DNA from: Escherichia phage UB
DNA: 64,000 nucleotides
Sequence record: MH383160
Reading direction: 5' to 3' (one strand)
Shown here piece after piece: positions 10,198-19,817 of this stretch. Numbering within the stretch: position 1 is the stretch's first letter; every line of letters begins with the position of its first letter. A program made the translations under genes and the position numbers. Under the pieces are notes generated by a model. It worked only from the letters and a program-made list of their open reading frames with translations. It made no database searches and was not told the origin of the DNA.

Positions 10198-10533
10198 TCA
10201 TAATTCATACATTTTTGATTTGAACTGCATATGACCACCTATTTCACATGGATAACAATTCATAATTTTGTTCAATAAAATCTGGTATTTTTTAATAACT
10301 TCTATATCAATTTTTATATTACTATTAAAAACTAATGATTCTTGAAATAATTCACCCTCGTCAAGTGAAGTAAAATCATTTATCTTCAACGGTATATTGT
10401 TGCATCGCAAGGAGAATGTATTTTCATCACGAATTAAAGTATAGAAATCATTATGTTTTTTATTATAATCAAATTTCACAAGTAGTAGTTTAATATGAGT
10501 AGCGTACATTACTTTCACTAATTCAGTCTTCAT
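10198..10533 (-). CDS. FQ-motif family protein (hypothetical)
   Basis: ORF track 111 aa; motif EGELFQESLVF. Confidence 0.65.
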   Translation of the reverse strand: MKTELVKVMYATHIKLLLVKFDYNKKHNDFYTLIRDENTFSLRCNNIPLKINDFTSLDEGELFQESLVFNSNIKIDIEVIKKYQILLNKIMNCYPCEIGGHMQFKSKMYEL

Positions 10534-10885
10534 AACGGAATAAAATTCTCCTGTACTGCTCCGGTCCAGTACTCAATCTCTTCACTGGATAATTATCAAA
10601 GATTCTTTTCATTTCTTTCTGGATTAAACATAAGAAATCAAAGTTACAATCGTACTTATTATCCCATACTAAACTTTCTTGGAATAACTCATCCTCTTGC
10701 ATTAGTGTAGTGTCAATTACATCTTCACGAACATAGCTATATACTTCATAGCTCTTGAAGCCATCTTCTGATAATTCTAATTCATATGCCGCCATATCAA
10801 ACATATCATCATGGTTTGTCTTCAATGATATTAAACAAGTAACTAATTTTTTAGTTGTATAGTATGTAATACTTAATGTGTTCAT
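10523..10885 (-). CDS. FQ-motif family protein (hypothetical)
   Basis: ORF track 120 aa; motif EDELFQESLVWD. Confidence 0.65.
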   Translation of the reverse strand: MNTLSITYYTTKKLVTCLISLKTNHDDMFDMAAYELELSEDGFKSYEVYSYVREDVIDTTLMQEDELFQESLVWDNKYDCNFDFLCLIQKEMKRIFDNYPVKRLSTGPEQYRRILFRYED

Positions 10886-10890
10886 TTGTT

Positions 10891-11493
10891 TTATACCTCA
10901 GTATAAAGCTTACAATAGCTTTCATCAAAATCACAAACACTTCTCAAGTACTGACACAGGTCAGTAAAAATATTTACATTTGCTATATATACATTATCAA
11001 ATTCTACTCGTTGAAAGAATGTATGCATAGAATTTGTAATATATCTCATTGCAGATTCACGTTCCATCGTTAAATCATTTGTGAACATTGCATCTTCATC
11101 AGTACTGACTAATTCAATATCAAATGATTGCATATATGGAATACTCTTTCCTAGGGCATAACTATCACCATATGATGCTTCTACTGCACCTTTAGAATAC
11201 ACCAATTGATATAAGTCCGAAATAGGGTTATAAAACGTGCGGCAAATTGAGGAACATAATTTATTATTCATCCAATAGAAAACCCTATTTGAATTACCGT
11301 CAAATGCTATACGCAATCCATCACCATCTAGAGTAATAATCCCATCCAGCATAAAAGAGAACTGAACTAATGCTTTTTCTAAGTCCATTCTTTTGTGATA
11401 AATGATTTCTTGCATATAGATAATATCATTTACTAATTTCTTAAAAAACAAATGCACATCTGCACTACAACATTTATTTGCATTTATTGGCAT
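10891..11493 (-). CDS. FQ-motif family protein, divergent (hypothetical)
   Basis: ORF track 200 aa; degenerate motif DEDAMFTNDLTM. Confidence 0.55.
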   Translation of the reverse strand: MPINANKCCSADVHLFFKKLVNDIIYMQEIIYHKRMDLEKALVQFSFMLDGIITLDGDGLRIAFDGNSNRVFYWMNNKLCSSICRTFYNPISDLYQLVYSKGAVEASYGDSYALGKSIPYMQSFDIELVSTDEDAMFTNDLTMERESAMRYITNSMHTFFQRVEFDNVYIANVNIFTDLCQYLRSVCDFDESYCKLYTEV

Positions 11494-12044
11494 AATAGTT
11501 CCTTATACATATTATGTACTTTACAAATCTCATTATAGTATTTCATATCAATATCATTTGTATTAAAAACGGAAACAGACAATACCGCTAAATCATCAAT
11601 GAAGTAATTATTATCGGCGTACTCTTTTAACTTATTGAACATATAGATGCATTTTATACTTAATTCATCATGCAACACACTGTTCTGAAAAATATTCTCT
11701 TCAGTATTAGGAGATAAGTAATCTTCAATTATATACGATAAACTACTATCGCAATCTTTATAGATTGAAATTGATGGATGTAATGTGTCATACATTACAC
11801 TAAACAGATCACCGTCATATGTGGATATTAAACTATTATTGGAAACAGTAGGATGATAATATTTCAGTACTGAAAACTTTGAACAATCAGTGCAGTAAAA
11901 ATGATCCATCCCTCGACGACTTTCGTATGAGAATAGTTTACTTGTATATTCAATCCCTTTGGTGCGACGGATTGTTTCATGCATTTCTGCACATTGCATT
12001 AAAATTACCATACGTTCAAACGCAAGATCTAAATCATCGTACAT
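11484..12044 (-). CDS. FQ-motif family protein (hypothetical)
   Basis: ORF track 186 aa; motif EENIFQNSVLHD. Confidence 0.65.
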   Translation of the reverse strand: MYDDLDLAFERMVILMQCAEMHETIRRTKGIEYTSKLFSYESRRGMDHFYCTDCSKFSVLKYYHPTVSNNSLISTYDGDLFSVMYDTLHPSISIYKDCDSSLSYIIEDYLSPNTEENIFQNSVLHDELSIKCIYMFNKLKEYADNNYFIDDLAVLSVSVFNTNDIDMKYYNEICKVHNMYKELLCQ

Positions 12045-12225
12045 AACGGATATCCTTCTTCAACGAATTAATATATTCCAAAATAACTTGTTCCTGATAT
12101 TGAGTTCCCAAGTACATCAGGACTTTCAACTCTTTGAATTCAGTACTATATGAGTCTGTTTGCATCATTCTAGTAGAATATATATTGAATAGTTTAGCAA
12201 TGTCATTTTGGTCTATTATTTTCAT
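12034..12225 (-). CDS. LGT-QE family small protein (hypothetical)
   Basis: ORF track 63 aa; core YLGTQYQEQ. Confidence 0.55.
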   Translation of the reverse strand: MKIIDQNDIAKLFNIYSTRMMQTDSYSTEFKELKVLMYLGTQYQEQVILEYINSLKKDIRYVR

Positions 12226-12421
12226 ATATTCTCTTCTGGATTAGTTCCTGTAAGTGCTGAATATAACCCTTCATTGCAACATCCTGTTTGTTAGAGCCAA
12301 CGAAGAACAAGAGCTTAAAGTCATGGTAATCCATTTTTGGTTTAGTAGTGAACCATATGTCCCACACTGCACTCACAGTTCTCATGTATTCAATTCGATT
12401 AAATGTTTTTGAATACTTCAT
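12203..12421 (-). CDS. LGT-QE family small protein, divergent (hypothetical)
   Basis: ORF track 72 aa; core FVGSNKQDV. Confidence 0.5.
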   Translation of the reverse strand: MKYSKTFNRIEYMRTVSAVWDIWFTTKPKMDYHDFKLLFFVGSNKQDVAMKGYIQHLQELIQKRIYENNRPK

Positions 12422-12935
12422 CGATGTTCATCGCCAATAAGTTAATATACAAATTACTGTTAAATGCTATCTGCAATTCCATATAGAACTGAATGATAGC
12501 ATAGTCAGGGTCAGTACACGATAGTTGAAAGCACTGTTCTTCAAATGAATTGTAATTGTACTTAGGGATGTGAATTTCACGCTTCAAATCAGGTTGACCC
12601 CACTTCATCGCGTACACACCAATGTTATTGTTCTTTTTCCTTTTCTTAAATGTTAATTGTTGAATATTTCCTGCGTCATCCAGGAAAATAGTATTATTCG
12701 ACACAGGTGCACCAATAGAAAACAATGATGTATCAATTACGTGTGTCGCACGCACCTCACACTTCTGGAATGCCCCAGTACCCTGTAATACATAATGAAA
12801 ATTGTACTTCTCATTAACAACAGTACTAGGATCGATTAAACCAGTACTGCATTTTTTGAGTACTGGTACAATGGTGCGAATCTTTTTTGATAAATCTTGT
12901 AATGCATCAAAGTCATTGATGTTAACTTTCATCAC
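12399..12935 (-). CDS. FQ-motif family protein (hypothetical)
   Basis: ORF track 178 aa; motif EEQCFQLSCTD. Confidence 0.6.
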   Translation of the reverse strand: MMKVNINDFDALQDLSKKIRTIVPVLKKCSTGLIDPSTVVNEKYNFHYVLQGTGAFQKCEVRATHVIDTSLFSIGAPVSNNTIFLDDAGNIQQLTFKKRKKNNNIGVYAMKWGQPDLKREIHIPKYNYNSFEEQCFQLSCTDPDYAIIQFYMELQIAFNSNLYINLLAMNIDEVFKNI

Positions 12936-13381
12936 TCGAATGTAGCCTCTTCAGTAGTAACAAAATTGGTTAGTGTATCCAGTTCAGCAGTGTCAAGATA
13001 AAATACATCTAGTACAGATTTCTGATATATTACACTGAATGTGCATAGATTGTCAAGTGTTCCTTGTTCATAAACAGTACTACCCTGGAAGTACCCTTCT
13101 TCAGTACTCAGGGATAAAATATCTGAAATTTTAAAAGATTCTTCAGTTGCATGTCTTTCTATATTAACTATATTGCCGTTTCGGTTCAATGAAATATAAT
13201 CGTATGCTAACTCAATTAGACTATAATTATCCGCATTAGTGTCAAATAAAGCGACAATTTTTCGTCTCAATCTCTCATCGTGATCATGGTTTTCATCAGC
13301 TAAGTATTCAGGATTTTCTTTGAAGAATTTAACGACGCGTAGAATATCATTTGCTTTCTTGATTGCACTTTCGTAACTCAT
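12932..13381 (-). CDS. FQ-motif family protein (hypothetical)
   Basis: ORF track 149 aa; motif EEGYFQGSTVY. Confidence 0.65.
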   Translation of the reverse strand: MSYESAIKKANDILRVVKFFKENPEYLADENHDHDERLRRKIVALFDTNADNYSLIELAYDYISLNRNGNIVNIERHATEESFKISDILSLSTEEGYFQGSTVYEQGTLDNLCTFSVIYQKSVLDVFYLDTAELDTLTNFVTTEEATFE

Positions 13382-13686
13382 AATAATTCAACCACTCCAT
13401 CTCTAAAGTACATATAACTACCACCATTGGATACTGTGAATTCTATTGTCCCCAATAATATATTATATTTTTTTATTTCACATGTAGTACTTGTAGTGTA
13501 AGGCTCACCATCTCCTAAGTACATTGACATATGACATAGAACTTTTCTACCAGCATATTTCTCTTCAAACGATTGTTCAAAACTATGCATAATTTGATTT
13601 AAAGCTGAAATGTAATTAATAAAGTCAGGTATTTCTGTCAATGAATTATAAACCGTACAAAGTGAATCAAATTCATTTTTAGTCAT
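13378..13686 (-). CDS. hypothetical protein
   Basis: ORF track 102 aa; 4-nt overlap with upstream gene. Confidence 0.5.
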   Translation of the reverse strand: MTKNEFDSLCTVYNSLTEIPDFINYISALNQIMHSFEQSFEEKYAGRKVLCHMSMYLGDGEPYTTSTTCEIKKYNILLGTIEFTVSNGGSYMYFRDGVVELL

Positions 13687-14000
13687 TATATTTCTATCTC
13701 AATGTAATCCTGTGTGATTAAATAATCCCAATGATACTTCACCTGCTTTTGTAATTCAATTAACGTAAAGAAGTTGATCGATTTATCCCATACGAGCGAT
13801 TCCTGGAAAATAAATGATTCATGTTCATCGTAATAATCACACTCTAAAAAATCAGGTATATATTCACTATCGTGAATGTATTCAACAAACGAACTAGCTT
13901 GGCATTTCTTTACTACTAGTAATAATGAATTATCATGATCAAACAGATACAATAAACTAATTTCACCAGGGACGTACTGAACACTGAATAAGTTTTTCAT
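13686..14000 (-). CDS. FQ-motif family protein (hypothetical)
   Basis: ORF track 104 aa; motif ESFIFQESLVWD. Confidence 0.65.
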   Translation of the reverse strand: MKNLFSVQYVPGEISLLYLFDHDNSLLLVVKKCQASSFVEYIHDSEYIPDFLECDYYDEHESFIFQESLVWDKSINFFTLIELQKQVKYHWDYLITQDYIEIEI

Positions 14001-14449
14001 TCTATACCTTCTGGATCTTTACGAAGTTCTTCGAAATCCAAATAAAATCGAGGACAGTTAACACTCTTTAAGTACCACATAATAACTAATGCTTCAAGTA
14101 CTTCATCATCGTAAACAGTACTGTTTTGGAAGTAATACTCTTCACTATCCCACGGACCTTCCAGTACTTCATAATTCAAAATTAATGGTTTTTTGCGATT
14201 AATAAAACGAATGCTACCATTTTCAACATAACTAATAAATTCTGCATCTCTATTGTATTCAGAAAACGATATAGGACTATTGGAATTCAACCCAAGAATA
14301 ACCCTTACACCAACGGAGTTATTATACATTTCATCCTTGTAGTAGTTGCCGTTCTCGGCTTTGTACACTTCTTTGAACTTTCCTGCCTTTATATCGTCAA
14401 AGTATCCATGTAGTTCTTTTGCTTTTTCAAGAGCACTTTGTAATGACAT
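13997..14449 (-). CDS. FQ-motif family protein, MSLQSALEKAK subgroup
   Basis: ORF track 150 aa; GPWDSEEYYFQNSTVYD...IMWYLKS; one of 5 tandem paralogs. Confidence 0.7.
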   Translation of the reverse strand: MSLQSALEKAKELHGYFDDIKAGKFKEVYKAENGNYYKDEMYNNSVGVRVILGLNSNSPISFSEYNRDAEFISYVENGSIRFINRKKPLILNYEVLEGPWDSEEYYFQNSTVYDDEVLEALVIMWYLKSVNCPRFYLDFEELRKDPEGIE

Positions 14450-14915
14450 TACCTTCTCCTACAGTATTCTCTACATATTCATAATCAAAATAGAAACTAC
14501 TGGAGTCAATACTTTTGAAATACCACATAATTACAATAACATCTAATTCTTCTTCATTGTACAACGTACTATTCTGGAAGTAATATTCTTCACTATCCCA
14601 CGGTCCTTCCAGTACTGAATAAGGAATGATAGTGTCATCAGCATCACTATCTGTGTTGTAGATGGTAATATCTTCATTACGGCAATAACTAATGTACTGA
14701 TTGTACATATGATATTCACAGTTATCACTGTCACCAGTATCAGTGTGCAGTACTAATGTTTCTGCACATATCTCGGACTCGTCATAATCGTCACGGTCTT
14801 TTACAAAAAATTCAGTATCAGATGTTTTATACACCCCAGGTACTGAACCTTCCTGTACCATAATCATGTACTCATGAATCTTCTTTGCTTCTTTCAATGC
14901 ACTTTGTAACGACAT
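14427..14915 (-). CDS. FQ-motif family protein, MSLQSALEKAK subgroup
   Basis: ORF track 162 aa; GPWDSEEYYFQNSTLYN...IMWYFKS. Confidence 0.7.
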   Translation of the reverse strand: MSLQSALKEAKKIHEYMIMVQEGSVPGVYKTSDTEFFVKDRDDYDESEICAETLVLHTDTGDSDNCEYHMYNQYISYCRNEDITIYNTDSDADDTIIPYSVLEGPWDSEEYYFQNSTLYNEEELDVIVIMWYFKSIDSSSFYFDYEYVENTVGEGNVITKCS

Positions 14916-15358
14916 TACAAATCCCCTGTACTTAAATATTCACATGCTCCCCAGTCAAGAAAAAATGGTTCAAACTTCAATTCCTTAAAGTACCACAAAA
15001 CAACCAAGGAATCAAGCATTTCTTGGTTAAAAATAAGACTCTGTTGGAAGTAATACTCTTCAGTACCCCACGGGCCATCAAGTACCCCGAAGTCAACAGG
15101 TGTATTTGATGTGTCAAACGTAATCTTAGTACCTGGAATATATACAAAAAAACTAGTATATTGACTACATGAAGAGTACTGTATAGTATTGTCTTTATCC
15201 TGTCCCATAAGTAAAATATCATCAGAGTATGTCTTTATACCTGATAGATAATACTCATCACCAAATGCACTTACTTTATCACCATAGAACCCACTTTTTA
15301 TGTTATCGTGGAAGTGATGTATTCTGTGTGCTAGTTCAAGTGCACTTGCTAAACTCAT
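14915..15358 (-). CDS. FQ-motif family protein, MSLQSALEKAK subgroup
   Basis: ORF track 147 aa; GPWGTEEYYFQQSLIFN...VLWYFKE. Confidence 0.7.
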   Translation of the reverse strand: MSLASALELAHRIHHFHDNIKSGFYGDKVSAFGDEYYLSGIKTYSDDILLMGQDKDNTIQYSSCSQYTSFFVYIPGTKITFDTSNTPVDFGVLDGPWGTEEYYFQQSLIFNQEMLDSLVVLWYFKELKFEPFFLDWGACEYLSTGDL

Positions 15359-15825
15359 ATATCCTCTTTAATAACTCGTAGTAGATCCAAGTCCAAATAG
15401 AAGCTAGGACAATCTGTATTATTAAAGTACCACAGAATGACAAGCTTGTCAAGTACATCTTCCTCGTAGATAGTATTCTGCTGGAAGTAGTACTCTTCAC
15501 TTCCCCAGTCATTATCCAGTACTGAATACGGAAGATGTTTCTCTGCTGCACCAGATATAATGTCAGAATCTTGTATTAAAATATCAGCATCACGACAGAA
15601 GTACATGTAATTATCTTCCAAATTAACATCACACCCATTGAGTGTTGTTTCAGAAGAATCTAAGTTTTCTTCATACATGTGAATGTACTCACTACTGTCA
15701 TCGTATCTCATTCGACAATAAGATTTACCTTCCTTGAATAGATATCCATTAAGACAATTTGCTACAATTTCTTTGCTGCATAAATCAATTAACTTCGCAA
15801 TCTCTAATGCTCTTTCTAAACTCAT
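15355..15825 (-). CDS. FQ-motif family protein, MSLQSALEKAK subgroup
   Basis: ORF track 156 aa; NDWGSEEYYFQQNTIYE...ILWYFNN. Confidence 0.7.
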   Translation of the reverse strand: MSLERALEIAKLIDLCSKEIVANCLNGYLFKEGKSYCRMRYDDSSEYIHMYEENLDSSETTLNGCDVNLEDNYMYFCRDADILIQDSDIISGAAEKHLPYSVLDNDWGSEEYYFQQNTIYEEDVLDKLVILWYFNNTDCPSFYLDLDLLRVIKEDI

Positions 15826-15826
15826 T

Positions 15827-16318
15827 TCAACCCCTGTTAATACCGTTATCTACAGTTTTCTTTACGTATTTGTAATCGAAATAGAAGTTCCCAGAACCAA
15901 TACTTTTAAAGTACCACATAATTATAATAACATCAAGTACTTCATTATCATATACAGTACTTTGTTGGAAGTAATACTCTTCACTATCCCACGGACCTTC
16001 CAGTACTTCACTCGGAATTATAATGTCATTGGAATCGCTGTCAGTACTGTTGATGGTATCTGTATCATTAATATAGACCATGTACTCATTATGCATATTA
16101 ATGAAGCATTCATAATCATTAGGGTCGGTATCTAGTATGCACGTTTCTGTATCCAGTACGCACGTTTCTGTATCTGAGCAGTCATTATAAAGGAGGTTAT
16201 CCGGTACATAATATTGAGTACTTGTGTCTTTGAAAACACCGTAAACTGAACCTTCTTTTGCCATATTCATGTACTCATGAATCTTCTTTGCTTTTTCCAA
16301 TGAACTCTGTAATGTCAT
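15827..16318 (-). CDS. FQ-motif family protein, MSLQSALEKAK subgroup
   Basis: ORF track 163 aa; GPWDSEEYYFQQSTVYD...IMWYFKS; internal short tandem repeat ETCVLDTETCILDT. Confidence 0.7.
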   Translation of the reverse strand: MTLQSSLEKAKKIHEYMNMAKEGSVYGVFKDTSTQYYVPDNLLYNDCSDTETCVLDTETCILDTDPNDYECFINMHNEYMVYINDTDTINSTDSDSNDIIIPSEVLEGPWDSEEYYFQQSTVYDNEVLDVIIIMWYFKSIGSGNFYFDYKYVKKTVDNGINRG

Positions 16319-16327
16319 TTTATAATC

Positions 16328-16687
16328 TCATATATTGAAATAATAATTATTCGTTCTTGATGGGGATGGATTAAATACGTTTTCTTTTTCAAATCTCTTC
16401 ATTTCATTTTGCAAAGAAACCATTTCTTCAAATGTACAGGAGTACTTATTCTTATCAAACACTAATGCAGCCTGAAATAGTTCGCCATCGTCCAGTACTG
16501 TATAATCTATAAGACTCTCAGATTCATAGTCATAGTCGTCATGTGATACATGAATAAATTTAAAACAAGAATCTTTGTAATGCATATATAAACTCAACTC
16601 ATGTTCCGAGTCGCCCTTAATAAGATTACAGCACAAGTCCCATCCTTTAGGTAACTTATAATAGTACATAGAATAATCATATGTCAT
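16328..16687 (-). CDS. FQ-motif family protein, ELFQxxLVFDK subgroup
   Basis: ORF track 119 aa; DGELFQAALVFDKNKYSCTFEEM. Confidence 0.7.
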   Translation of the reverse strand: MTYDYSMYYYKLPKGWDLCCNLIKGDSEHELSLYMHYKDSCFKFIHVSHDDYDYESESLIDYTVLDDGELFQAALVFDKNKYSCTFEEMVSLQNEMKRFEKENVFNPSPSRTNNYYFNI

Positions 16688-17043
16688 TCTTGAATTCCTA
16701 AATTGAATTTGTATTCTTGATTAATACTTGCATTGGGTTTATGCAAAGCAGCATACTCTTTCATTTCATTTTGTATTGCAATAACTTCTTCAAATGTACA
16801 CAAGTACTTCTTATCAAATACTAATGATTCTTGGAATAGTTCTGCGGTATCCATTAATGTATAGTCCGGCATATCTTGGTGTGGATACTGTAATGAACTG
16901 TAATCAATGAATGTAAATTTACCCTGAGTGTAATGAATATACTCATTCGCACTGTGCATTAAATCACCTTTGTTTAAATTACAAAAGTACTGATAACTGT
17001 GCTTGAAAGTATGTACTGATATTAAAAAATCAAATTCCATCAC
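16684..17043 (-). CDS. FQ-motif family protein, ELFQxxLVFDK subgroup
   Basis: ORF track 119 aa; TAELFQESLVFDKKYLCTFEEV. Confidence 0.7.
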   Translation of the reverse strand: MMEFDFLISVHTFKHSYQYFCNLNKGDLMHSANEYIHYTQGKFTFIDYSSLQYPHQDMPDYTLMDTAELFQESLVFDKKYLCTFEEVIAIQNEMKEYAALHKPNASINQEYKFNLGIQE

Positions 17044-17417
17044 TCTTCTCCTAGATTAAAAAATTTCCAGAAATCGGCCTCACCAGTACTGCACCAGATA
17101 TCTATACATTCCCTGTGAATACATTTAATTCTACGCTGTAATTCAATCATCTCTTCTAATGTACAGATGTACTTCTTATCAAATACTAATGCCTCCTGGA
17201 ACAGTGCAGCATCATCAAGTACTGTATAGTCCGGCATCTCGATAGATATCCCATGAAACCCAGTACTAAAATCCATCAAATAAAAGTCAGCATTCCAGTA
17301 CTTTAAAATCTTGTCCCTAGCGTAGTTTAAATCACCCTTGTATAAGTTAGAGTGCGTAACTAACTCACCAGTGTACATCCATGTCCTTGCACAAAATTCA
17401 TTATATTTTATTTCCAT
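17040..17417 (-). CDS. FQ-motif family protein, ELFQxxLVFDK subgroup
   Basis: ORF track ORF trimmed to ATG 17417 (MEIKYNEF) by length comparison with the two paralogs; DAALFQEALVFDKKYICTLEEM. Confidence 0.6.
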   Translation of the reverse strand: MEIKYNEFCARTWMYTGELVTHSNLYKGDLNYARDKILKYWNADFYLMDFSTGFHGISIEMPDYTVLDDAALFQEALVFDKKYICTLEEMIELQRRIKCIHRECIDIWCSTGEADFWKFFNLGEE

Positions 17418-17614
17418 CTTAATCTCTACTATAATTAATAAGGTAAACTCCAATATAAGGAGCACGTTGCGGGGGCGGGGTATTTTTTGTTTCAGGAAAC
17501 ATGAACTGTACTCTGAAAAACACAATATAAAACTTTATATTAAACATATACCTTAGCATGTTTTTCAGCGGAAATTTTTTTGACCCCCCTGCGGCCTGTA
17601 AAAATGAAACGTCT

Positions 17615-17824
17615 CTATTTATTCAGCCTAGAAAGCTTGATTTCTTCAATCCTTTTCATCGCACAAAGCCTTCGACTCGTCATCTCGTATAAATTCAATA
17701 CTCGGTGTACCGTATTATCTACACTCTGAACCAAATATGTATCCTTCAAAATCAAATCCATCATGTATTCAAAACCCTTAATACTATGCGAACTTAACAC
17801 TTCCGGCTCTTCAAACGTAATCAT
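17615..17824 (-). CDS. hypothetical protein
   Basis: ORF track 69 aa. Confidence 0.45.
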   Translation of the reverse strand: MITFEEPEVLSSHSIKGFEYMMDLILKDTYLVQSVDNTVHRVLNLYEMTSRRLCAMKRIEEIKLSRLNK

Positions 17825-18041
17825 AATTCCAATCCCCTATCCCATCTAACCTTCTAAGATATCTTGCGTAAATTATTTCGAAATATCTGTGCAACGAAAT
17901 TACGGATTGCTCATAATCATCATTCCTGTACATTGTGCATGTAAGAAAATCATTTAACCCAAAATCTAAACTGCACTTGAACTTCTCCTTTGCAATATCA
18001 CTATTACTTGCACTTTTCATAATAAACCCTTTGTACCGCAT
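17811..18041 (-). CDS. hypothetical protein
   Basis: ORF track 76 aa. Confidence 0.45.
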   Translation of the reverse strand: MRYKGFIMKSASNSDIAKEKFKCSLDFGLNDFLTCTMYRNDDYEQSVISLHRYFEIIYARYLRRLDGIGDWNYDYV

Positions 18042-18174
18042 TGGTGTACTGTGAACTCAGCACCACTAATAGGTAATCTATATTGTAAGCACGATTTCCT
18101 CGTTGACTAGCACGGCTGGAATAAAGAATATTATCCACATATGTATTGAACTGATCTTCAAATAACTCTTTCAT
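18004..18174 (-). CDS. small hypothetical protein
   Basis: 56-codon ORF (MKELFEDQFN...) filling the 18042-18195 gap; below ORF-track length cutoff; weak RBS. Confidence 0.3.
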   Translation of the reverse strand: MKELFEDQFNTYVDNILYSSRASQRGNRAYNIDYLLVVLSSQYTNAVQRVYYEKCK

Positions 18175-18195
18175 CAGCATTATCCCATCACATAA

Positions 18196-18747
18196 TCATA
18201 CATTAACAACTTTATCGATGTAATCTTCTAACATATCAATATATCTGGTATTGGTTCTAACTAAAAGGTATGCAAATCCAGAGAACTCATGTGTATAATG
18301 CTTTACAGCGTACATACAACGAAGCTTATCATTGTCATACATTGTACTGTACTGAAACAAACTCTCGTCTGATAGCTCTAATAACGCTTGGGCTTCACTT
18401 CTCGTGAACTTCATAGGGTCATGTACTGCATCACAAAAACAAACCTGTGTCTCGCTATTGAAACCCTGTGATAGATATATACCTTCACACTCTGAACGCA
18501 CCGATACTGCATTATAACTATGTGTTGCCCCCATCATATCTGAACTCAAAACTAAAATCAACCCATTTTTATTTTTAATCAACAAATCTGACTTAAGGGA
18601 TTTGATCTCCGTATGGGAAATATCACCAAATCTTCCTGGGACTTCAAACTTATCAACGTTGTATACAATCTTTTGTACTTGCTCTTTTAAACGCTTAATT
18701 GCACTTCTGTCTTTTTCTAATGTATCTAATAAACTCATTGAACTCAT
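18196..18747 (-). CDS. FQ-motif family protein (hypothetical)
   Basis: ORF track ORF trimmed to internal ATG 18747 with AAGGA RBS; motif DESLFQYSTMYD. Confidence 0.6.
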   Translation of the reverse strand: MSSMSLLDTLEKDRSAIKRLKEQVQKIVYNVDKFEVPGRFGDISHTEIKSLKSDLLIKNKNGLILVLSSDMMGATHSYNAVSVRSECEGIYLSQGFNSETQVCFCDAVHDPMKFTRSEAQALLELSDESLFQYSTMYDNDKLRCMYAVKHYTHEFSGFAYLLVRTNTRYIDMLEDYIDKVVNV

Positions 18748-18757
18748 TGTGCTTTCC

Positions 18758-19102
18758 TTACATATTTGTACCGAACAAAACGGAACTTTGAATGCCATTA
18801 ATCGACACTTCATGTACATATATATTTTGTCTGAACAAAGGAACTAATTGAACTAAACTCGTTTGCATAATAATATGCATATGTACATTGTCATATGCCG
18901 TTTCGTATTGGAAACGTGCAGCTTCATCTTCTATGAAATTCGGAACTTGGACTGGATTCTCAAAATTTGTCCTTGTACTGAACTGTACATCATTGTCCTG
19001 TACCTTAATACCATATGAATTATCATTGTTATCAACTACATCAAATTCAATTAAACTACCATCTTTACTGACGTTTACTATATAAACCGAAAATCGACTC
19101 AT
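18758..19102 (-). CDS. FQ-motif family protein, divergent (hypothetical)
   Basis: ORF track 114 aa; motif DEAARFQYETAYD. Confidence 0.55.
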   Translation of the reverse strand: MSRFSVYIVNVSKDGSLIEFDVVDNNDNSYGIKVQDNDVQFSTRTNFENPVQVPNFIEDEAARFQYETAYDNVHMHIIMQTSLVQLVPLFRQNIYVHEVSINGIQSSVLFGTNM

Positions 19103-19614
19103 AAACCTATTTCCTCTAAATCTTTGACAAATGTATCATAATCCGATAATGACAAAAATATGTCTGTACTGATGTTTTGACGTAATGTATTAAACAAATT
19201 ATGTACCTGTAATAAATCAGGTGCATAAATCAGGGATTGCTGGAAATACGATTCTTCTGTATCTAATATATCCCTGCACTCAATTTCACGAACTCGTTGG
19301 TATATTGAATTTAATAATACATTTTCATCTTTGAGCATTGGAAGGTATCGGATGTACATGTGCTCCATCAACTCATCCTGGATTGAACCCCTGAACTGCA
19401 ACACGTATTCAAAACACATCACTACATCTTGTAGGTAATTGGCACTGTAATTATTGCTGTAAACAATCTTATGACTTCTGAACTCATCATCATTTCTGAA
19501 CCAATTGTCACCTACTTTGGTGTACTTATGACTAAGCTTCCCATCCTCCAACGCTCGAATGAACTTCATAATGTTAATTGCAAAATCATATGAATGATGC
19601 TTGTGTTGATGCAT
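19099..19614 (-). CDS. FQ-motif family protein (hypothetical)
   Basis: ORF track ORF trimmed to ATG 19614 with GAGGT RBS 6 nt upstream; motif EESYFQQSLIY. Confidence 0.65.
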   Translation of the reverse strand: MHQHKHHSYDFAINIMKFIRALEDGKLSHKYTKVGDNWFRNDDEFRSHKIVYSNNYSANYLQDVVMCFEYVLQFRGSIQDELMEHMYIRYLPMLKDENVLLNSIYQRVREIECRDILDTEESYFQQSLIYAPDLLQVHNLFNTLRQNISTDIFLSLSDYDTFVKDLEEIGL

Positions 19615-19621
19615 TTTTACC

Positions 19622-19816
19622 TCAATTCTGTCCGAAAAAATAACCAAAATGTTTAAAGCAAGAAAGCATTACTATGTTCATCACTCTATCATCAAATTCA
19701 TCTTGTGTTTCTGCACATAATGTTTCACAGATATTCAAATGTAATAATTCAAGCTGGAAACTGTCGGTGAACCAATCAAACTTACGGTATTTTTGTTTAA
19801 CATCAACTGTAAGCAT
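19622..19816 (-). CDS. hypothetical protein
   Basis: ORF track 64 aa; abuts neighbours. Confidence 0.45.
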   Translation of the reverse strand: MLTVDVKQKYRKFDWFTDSFQLELLHLNICETLCAETQDEFDDRVMNIVMLSCFKHFGYFFGQN

Positions 19817-19817
19817 A

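Noticed and set aside
13997-16318. FQ motif as a viral protease cleavage site (EEYYFQ-N/S and EEMYFQ-G resemble E-x-x-Y-x-Q-G/S and LFQ-G/S of TEV and 3C-type proteases)
   Set aside because: The motif sits at a fixed internal position of each small stand-alone protein and is followed by conserved hydrophobic residues, more consistent with a structural core element; no polyprotein or protease gene is evident. Kept only as a remote possibility.
17418-17614. 197-bp intergenic region with G-rich tract GCGGGGGCGGGG and T-runs as a promoter or terminator
   Set aside because: No hexamer pair with acceptable spacing and no stable hairpin were found; left unannotated.
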